DNA of 64,000 nt, from assembly GCA_040768665.1 (NCBI GenBank), contig JAXGMN010000031.1, forward strand, positions 36,369 to 100,368, read 5' to 3'. A program made the translations under genes and the position numbers. The stretch is from Thermoguttaceae bacterium. GTDB taxonomy: Bacteria > Planctomycetota > Planctomycetia > Pirellulales > Thermoguttaceae. Position 1 is the first letter of the stretch, and each line of letters opens with the position of its first letter. This document shows, piece after piece, positions 59,158 to 64,000 of the stretch. The notes beneath the pieces are model-generated. The model did no database searches and was not told the DNA's origin. It saw only the letters and a list, made by a program, of their open reading frames with translations.

Positions 59158-60096
59158 TCAATAGCCCAATGTCGTTCGGACGAACTCGCGGCTGATCTTG
59201 AGGCTTTCGCGGAGCGGCCGCGTGGGCTTGAAGTTGCGCTCGTGGGCCAATTCGATCACCGCATCGCCCCGGAAGTTGATCTCGCGCAGGGCTGCGCCGA
59301 TTGCCGCGTAATCCATGTCACCTTCGCCCATCGCCTCGGACCAACGGCCGTCGGCCTTCTGATCGCGAAGATGGAGGAAGACAATTTGCCGGCCGTACCG
59401 CCGAATAAAGGCGACCGGGTCGACGCCGCCTCGCACGAGCCAGTTGAGGTCCGGGCCGAGCTTCACGTCGGGGATCCGCTGCAACGTGCCCTTCAGGTCG
59501 TGCAGGTCGTCGACGACTTCATAGGTGTGGTTATGCAGGTTGAGCACGACGCTGTGCGTGCTGCACAAGGCAATCATCTTCCGGAGCACGTCGGCTTGGG
59601 CATCCAACTGTTCGGGCGTCTTGCGCCCGGGAGCGTGGCCCACGGACGTGCCGAGCGTCCGCCCGCCCAGCCTGGCCAGCCGCGTGACGACCCGTTCTGC
59701 ATCCTCGAGGACTTCATGGTGCTTTGTGCGATCCCACATAGCTCCGCCGAACGACGTGCCGATCACCGGCAGCCCATGTTTCTCAACGAGCTCGCCGATC
59801 CGCTGGACGCTGTCGTCCGGCCGGAGAGCGGTATGCATGAGTTCAATTCCTGCCATACCGGCGTATTTCATATCGGCAAAGATCGCGGGCAGCACCGGGG
59901 TAATATCGTACTCGGGTTGTGTGGCCGCATAGACCCACGGGTGCGCCCCGACGACAACCTTGGCCGCGGCGAGGAACTCCTGCGCCGCGTTCAGAGCACT
60001 CCCGGCCCCCGCGGCGCACATCGCGGCCGCCGACGCAAGAAACCGGCGCCGAGAAAAGCCGCGGAGTCCTGAAAGCGAAGGATCATGATATGACAT
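59158..60096 (-). CDS. Tat-exported sugar-phosphate isomerase/epimerase (xylose-isomerase-like TIM barrel) family protein
   Basis: The start is at the Met of MSYHDPSLSGLRGFSRRRFLASAAAMCAAGAG (twin-arginine). AP-endonuclease-2/xylose-isomerase-like barrel pattern (GMAGIEL, VVLNLHNH, FLHLRD, AVIELAHE). Confidence 0.6.
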   Translation of the reverse strand: MSYHDPSLSGLRGFSRRRFLASAAAMCAAGAGSALNAAQEFLAAAKVVVGAHPWVYAATQPEYDITPVLPAIFADMKYAGMAGIELMHTALRPDDSVQRIGELVEKHGLPVIGTSFGGAMWDRTKHHEVLEDAERVVTRLARLGGRTLGTSVGHAPGRKTPEQLDAQADVLRKMIALCSTHSVVLNLHNHTYEVVDDLHDLKGTLQRIPDVKLGPDLNWLVRGGVDPVAFIRRYGRQIVFLHLRDQKADGRWSEAMGEGDMDYAAIGAALREINFRGDAVIELAHERNFKPTRPLRESLKISREFVRTTLGY

Positions 60097-60236
60097 GGCG
60101 ACAACTCCGTGAAAGGATCTCTCTTCGTCCTTCGCCAGCATAGCCGTTCGACCCGCATGCGCATAGTAGCCACCGCTGTTGGACGTGCCAAAACTCGCCG
60201 TTCGCCCGGCGACTCCCAAAGAGGCCACCACGGCAA

Positions 60237-60686
60237 TCATTCGGACTTGATGCTGTGTAGTGGTCTTTTCTCCGAAAGAGAGAAATTGCCTCCGGCGAGA
60301 AACTTTCCGGTGGCTGTGGCTTTAACTTGCTGATCCTGGATGAGTTCCGATTTGAGTACGTAAAGGGGGGCCATGGATTGGTGTACCCATGCCCGGACCG
60401 TCGCCCGCCGCCCTGTAGCCACGGGATGGCGGAATCTCACCGCCAATTCGGCGGTCACACCCTCGCATCCGAGAGCAAATAGGCAGTTGGTCATGGCGCC
60501 GTCGAGGAGGCTCGAAATCATTCCGCCGTGAAGGACATCCGGATAGCCCTGGAGGTAATCGGGACAATCGAATTCCGCTTGCAGGCTCCCATCGGCGCGA
60601 GGGACGAACTTCAGTCGCAGCCCTGAGACGTTGCGCGAGGAACAGACGACGCACTCGGGATGCGCGCGGCTACGCAATTCTTCCAT
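60237..60686 (-). CDS. Hotdog-fold thioesterase (PaaI/YbgC-like)
   Basis: 149 aa. LHGGMISSLLDGAMTNCLFA is the PaaI-type thioesterase core. 4-nt overlap with the upstream gene. Confidence 0.65.
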   Translation of the reverse strand: MEELRSRAHPECVVCSSRNVSGLRLKFVPRADGSLQAEFDCPDYLQGYPDVLHGGMISSLLDGAMTNCLFALGCEGVTAELAVRFRHPVATGRRATVRAWVHQSMAPLYVLKSELIQDQQVKATATGKFLAGGNFSLSEKRPLHSIKSE

Positions 60687-60691
60687 GAGAT

Positions 60692-61261
60692 TCAGCCCGC
60701 TCCTGCGTCATGAAGAGTGTTTGTCGCGGCTTGTTCCCGCGGGCCGAGGGACACCTGCCGTCGGCGGGATGCTTTTCGATGCGGGCGGCTGTCTCTGCGT
60801 AGCGCCGACAATCCCATTAGGAGCGTCCCGCATGCGGCGACCGCTAACCAGAGAAGCTTCCAGCGCCGGTTGTCACGGACAGCCTCCGCGAACAGCTTGT
60901 CCCACGCAGAGAGATTGCGATCCGGGCCCTTGCGGAGTTCTTGCCAGGCAGCCCAGGTCTGAACCGGAGAGAGGGCGTGGGGGTCGGCAAGGCGGGGCCG
61001 TACCCAGTGGAGATAGAGGGCCAGGCCGAGAGCGGTCGCTGTAAGCAGGGCGCCGAGCAGTATCGTTGCCTGTCGAAATCCCCAGCGAGCTTCACTCCCT
61101 TGATCCGAACGTGTGCGGGCCATCTCCAACTGCCGGATCGCCTGCATCGACGGCACTTCGAGCTGACTTCCGCAAGGGCAGGTGATTGTTTCGCCAGCCT
61201 GGCTCGGCTCCACGACGAGCTTGCGGCCACATGCACATGGGAGAAGGTACTTCGCGCTCAC
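60692..61261 (-). CDS. Zinc-ribbon plus two-TM membrane protein, unknown function
   Basis: N-terminal CACGRKLVVEPSQAGETITCPCGSQLEV (CxC..CPCG ribbon). Two hydrophobic helices. Confidence 0.45.
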   Translation of the reverse strand: MSAKYLLPCACGRKLVVEPSQAGETITCPCGSQLEVPSMQAIRQLEMARTRSDQGSEARWGFRQATILLGALLTATALGLALYLHWVRPRLADPHALSPVQTWAAWQELRKGPDRNLSAWDKLFAEAVRDNRRWKLLWLAVAACGTLLMGLSALRRDSRPHRKASRRRQVSLGPREQAATNTLHDAGAG

Positions 61262-62472
61262 GCCGCCGCCTTCCTTTCCGGGATCGGATAGACTTTGGGC
61301 TTGTAGGGATGGTTACGTTTGCGGAGGACCTTGGCATGGCGGATCGTGTCGGCCGGAGGGACGTAGACGTTTGGAAACGGATTGATCCTGAGCGACTCCG
61401 GTGTCGGAGGATCGCGACGCTGGAGCTTCGCCAACACATCCAGTCCACGGACAATACGGCCGAAGACCGTATGGTTGCCGTCGAACTGCTTCATCGGCAG
61501 AAACGCGAGATAGAACTGCGATCCGCCGGTATGGGGACCGCGATGAAGCATGCCGAGACTGCCGCGGAAGTGGACACGGTGGTCGGATCGATAGCACTCG
61601 CACTCGATGACGTGGCCGGGCCCGCCGCTTCCATCTCCTTTGGGGCAACCGGCCTGGGCCATCGATCGCGGAAGAACGCGAAAGAAGGGGAGACCGTCGT
61701 AGAAGCCCTGGCCGACGAGCGCGATAAAGTTGGCCACCGTGTTGGGTGCTTCTTTTTCGAACAGTTCCAGTTCGATGTTACCCTGCGTCGTTTCCAACAG
61801 CACGCGAGGCAGATCGCCGGCCATCCGTTCGCTCGTACGGAGCTTCTCCTCACGGCGCCATGCCTCCTGGTAATAGGGGATTTCCCCAAGGTACTGCTTT
61901 CCCAGATCGCTGAGGGCGTGGCTTTCTTCCGCCCTCTTGAGATGCTGTTCGGCGAGATCGAACTGCCCGACGACAAAAGCGGCTTGCCCGGCGAGGTCGT
62001 GAAGCACGCGGGGCTGGAACCGGCCACAGCGGAGTTCGTGGTCGAGCAGGAGCTGAGCCATACGGAGGGATTGCTCGTACTGCTCGGTTTCGGCGAGCAT
62101 CACCGCCACACCGGCGAGAAAATCGGCCAGGTCAGTGTTTTCTTCCGGCTCTTCGACGCAGGCGAGCGTTGCCGCATCGATCAGTTGCTCCTCGAGGGCC
62201 TTGCCGTCTTCAACCAACGCGGCGTACTGCTCTTTTAAACGCGATCGCCTCTCTTCGCTGCCAATCCGGAAGTCTCTATCGAGCCTCTGAAGCTCTCCGA
62301 CGAGCGTCTGCCACTGGTGGAAGAGGCGGTCGAACTGCGCCCGCTCGGTGCTGCACGCGATGGCTTCCGGGACGGCGACTGCAGGGCCGCCCGGCGTTGC
62401 GGGACGGCAACCGGCGTCGAGCATTAGCGCGAGCCCGAGAGCGCAACCGAGTGTCGTTGGCACGAATCTCAT
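61258..62472 (-). CDS. Lipoprotein peptidyl-prolyl cis-trans isomerase (cyclophilin type) with N-terminal helical extension
   Basis: Lipobox-like MRFVPTTLGCALGLALMLDAGC. C-terminal cyclophilin core GNIELELFEKEAPNTVANFIALV...GFYDGLPFFRV...GSQFYLAF...HTVFGRIVRGLDVL. Confidence 0.8.
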   Translation of the reverse strand: MRFVPTTLGCALGLALMLDAGCRPATPGGPAVAVPEAIACSTERAQFDRLFHQWQTLVGELQRLDRDFRIGSEERRSRLKEQYAALVEDGKALEEQLIDAATLACVEEPEENTDLADFLAGVAVMLAETEQYEQSLRMAQLLLDHELRCGRFQPRVLHDLAGQAAFVVGQFDLAEQHLKRAEESHALSDLGKQYLGEIPYYQEAWRREEKLRTSERMAGDLPRVLLETTQGNIELELFEKEAPNTVANFIALVGQGFYDGLPFFRVLPRSMAQAGCPKGDGSGGPGHVIECECYRSDHRVHFRGSLGMLHRGPHTGGSQFYLAFLPMKQFDGNHTVFGRIVRGLDVLAKLQRRDPPTPESLRINPFPNVYVPPADTIRHAKVLRKRNHPYKPKVYPIPERKAAA

Positions 62473-64000
62473 GGTTCCGATGCGATGGGAGCCGATTCCA
62501 CTGCATCGTGCGACGCAGTTATGCTACCGGGCTGCAGCTTGAGCTGCTCGAAACCCAGAAGCCTCGCACTGTTGAAGATTACCAGGGCGGCTCCCACGTT
62601 GTGCAGCAGCGCGCCCAACAGGGGACTGATCAGCCCGATCGAGGCAAGCCAGACGAAGATCAGCGAACTGCCGGCGCCTAGCAGAATATTCTCGTGAATC
62701 GTTGTGCGGGTCCGGCGGGAAAGCCGAACGGCCAGAGGCAAGCGGTTGAGATCGTGCGCCAGCAGGGCGACGTCTGCGCTCTTCAGCGCGATGTCCGACG
62801 CGCCGGCGCCCAGGGCAACGCCGACGTCGCCGCGGGCAAGCGCGAGGGCGTCGTTCACACCGTCGCCGACAACCATCACCACCCGGCCGGAATCGCTCTG
62901 GTTGGCGACTACCTCGAGCTTCTGCTCCGGCAGCACTTCGGCAACGACGTCGCCGATCGCCAGATCGCGGCCGATCCGTTCGGCGACTTCTTGCCGGTCG
63001 CCGGTCAAAAGGATCGACCGCTGAAGCCCGAGCGAGCGGAGCATAGCGACCGCCTCTTTGGCATCCGGCCGCGGGCGGTCCGACAGAAGGAGGCAACCGA
63101 CTGTCTCGGCTTCTCCGCCGGCGATGCGGCCGAGCCACACGATCGGGCCGGCATGCTCGGGGTTCTCGGGGAGCGGAATTCCCTCCTCGACCAGCCACTC
63201 GCGGCGGCCGAGGAGCCGAATCTCACCGTCGGCCGTGAAGCGAATACCTTTTCCTGCGATTTCTTCGATCTTCCTGCCGGCGTGATTCGGCTCCATTGCC
63301 AACCCGGCCGACTCGGCCGCCATTACGACAGCGCGCGAGGCGGGATGCCGAGAGCCTGCCGCACAATCGAGGGCTTGCGTCAACAGTTCCGCGGTGCTGT
63401 ATCCGTTCATGGCAGCGGCCCGCGAAAGCTCCAGGCGGCCGAATGTAAGTGTGCCGGTCTTGTCAAAAATCACCGTATCGACATCCGCCATCGATTCGAG
63501 GAATCGGGCATTCTTGATGAGGATCCCCAGGCGGGAGGCGGCCGCCAGCGCGGCGACCATCGCGCTTGGGCCGGCGAGGACCAGGGCACCGGGACAGCCG
63601 ACCACCAGCACTGCAATCGCCCGCGACAGATCGCGGCTGATGAAGAGCACCACGGCAGCGACCGTCAGGATGATCGGCACGTAGTAGCCGGCGTATTGCT
63701 CGATGAGTCGCATGACGGGTGTCTTGGATTGCTCGGCTTCGTGGAGCAATTCGACCACGCGGCCCAAGGCGGTCTGCGAACCGGTGCGCGTCACGCGGAC
63801 GCGGAGCAGGCCGGTCAGATTGACGGAACCGGCGAAGACGGTGCCGCCGGGGGCGATTTCTTCGGGGGCCGACTCGCCGGTGATCGACGACTGGTCGACG
63901 GCGGAACTGCCGTCGAGCACCTCGCCGTCAGCCGCAATCACATCGCCGGGATGCAGCAGCATGACGTCGCCGGGGTTGAGAAGCTGCGGGTCGACGTCGC
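62469..64000 (-). CDS. P1B-type heavy-metal-translocating P-type ATPase (5' part lies beyond the window end)
   Basis: Actuator TGES (SITGESAPEE). TM6 motif reads CPG (VVGCPGALVLAGPSA) where CPC/CPx is usual. Phosphorylation site FDKTGTLT. HP motif SRHPASRAV. Hinge VGDGVNDALALARGDVGVALG. The ORF is open to coordinate 64000. Confidence 0.85.
   Translation of the reverse strand, partial: DVDPQLLNPGDVMLLHPGDVIAADGEVLDGSSAVDQSSITGESAPEEIAPGGTVFAGSVNLTGLLRVRVTRTGSQTALGRVVELLHEAEQSKTPVMRLIEQYAGYYVPIILTVAAVVLFISRDLSRAIAVLVVGCPGALVLAGPSAMVAALAAASRLGILIKNARFLESMADVDTVIFDKTGTLTFGRLELSRAAAMNGYSTAELLTQALDCAAGSRHPASRAVVMAAESAGLAMEPNHAGRKIEEIAGKGIRFTADGEIRLLGRREWLVEEGIPLPENPEHAGPIVWLGRIAGGEAETVGCLLLSDRPRPDAKEAVAMLRSLGLQRSILLTGDRQEVAERIGRDLAIGDVVAEVLPEQKLEVVANQSDSGRVVMVVGDGVNDALALARGDVGVALGAGASDIALKSADVALLAHDLNRLPLAVRLSRRTRTTIHENILLGAGSSLIFVWLASIGLISPLLGALLHNVGAALVIFNSARLLGFEQLKLQPGSITASHDAVESAPIASEP

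Overview
This is a high-GC (~65-70%) chromosomal window that is almost certainly planctomycete. Three things point that way: giant repeat proteins with a basic N-terminal leader, a C-terminal-Phe outer-membrane barrel resembling the BBP7 family, and frequent Tat signals and BNR glycosidases. I see no rRNA, tRNA, CRISPR array, transposase or integrase. The window divides into five regions. (1) 10-4672: a plus-strand sugar-metabolism operon with 4-nt overlaps. It encodes cysteine synthase, a PfkB kinase, an FGGY kinase and phosphomannomutase. (2) 4669-17577: mixed housekeeping and accessory genes. These include a membrane protein with four zinc-ribbon repeats, a small Cys-rich secreted protein, an isopropylmalate dehydrogenase-family enzyme, a thermonuclease, an RraA-like protein, BNR glycosidases, an enolase-superfamily enzyme, a sigma-70-family factor and an outer-membrane barrel. 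(3) 17748-26689: two tandem giant surface proteins on the minus strand, of 1625 aa and about 1180 aa. One body is built of cadherin-like repeats, the other of Calx-beta repeats. The two proteins share the same N-terminal leader, the same ~330-aa C-terminal module, and a conserved sigma70-like promoter element. (4) 26980-32681: glycan-degrading enzymes and an SPFH-YbjN fusion protein. (5) 32692-53947: a signalling and stress island, which is the most unusual part. A histidine kinase / sigma54-regulator / FHA / receiver module is present twice in inverted orientation, and each copy has decayed differently. The two copies flank a permuted, Mbh-type Mrp antiporter cluster (order E-F-G-DUF4040-B-C-D-D-D), five universal stress protein genes, a bacterial eRF1/Pelota-like protein, a formate/nitrite transporter, a CsrA-like protein with a long C-terminal extension, and a sensor-PP2C phosphatase that reuses the kinase's sensor domain. 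A short palindromic intergenic repeat family (core GTAGGTCCCGCTTGCC) recurs at least four times. The 3' end encodes an S2P protease, a GH28 enzyme, a URO-D-family enzyme, a cyclophilin and a partial P1B-type ATPase. All calls rest on motif-level reading of the supplied translations. No database searches were run.
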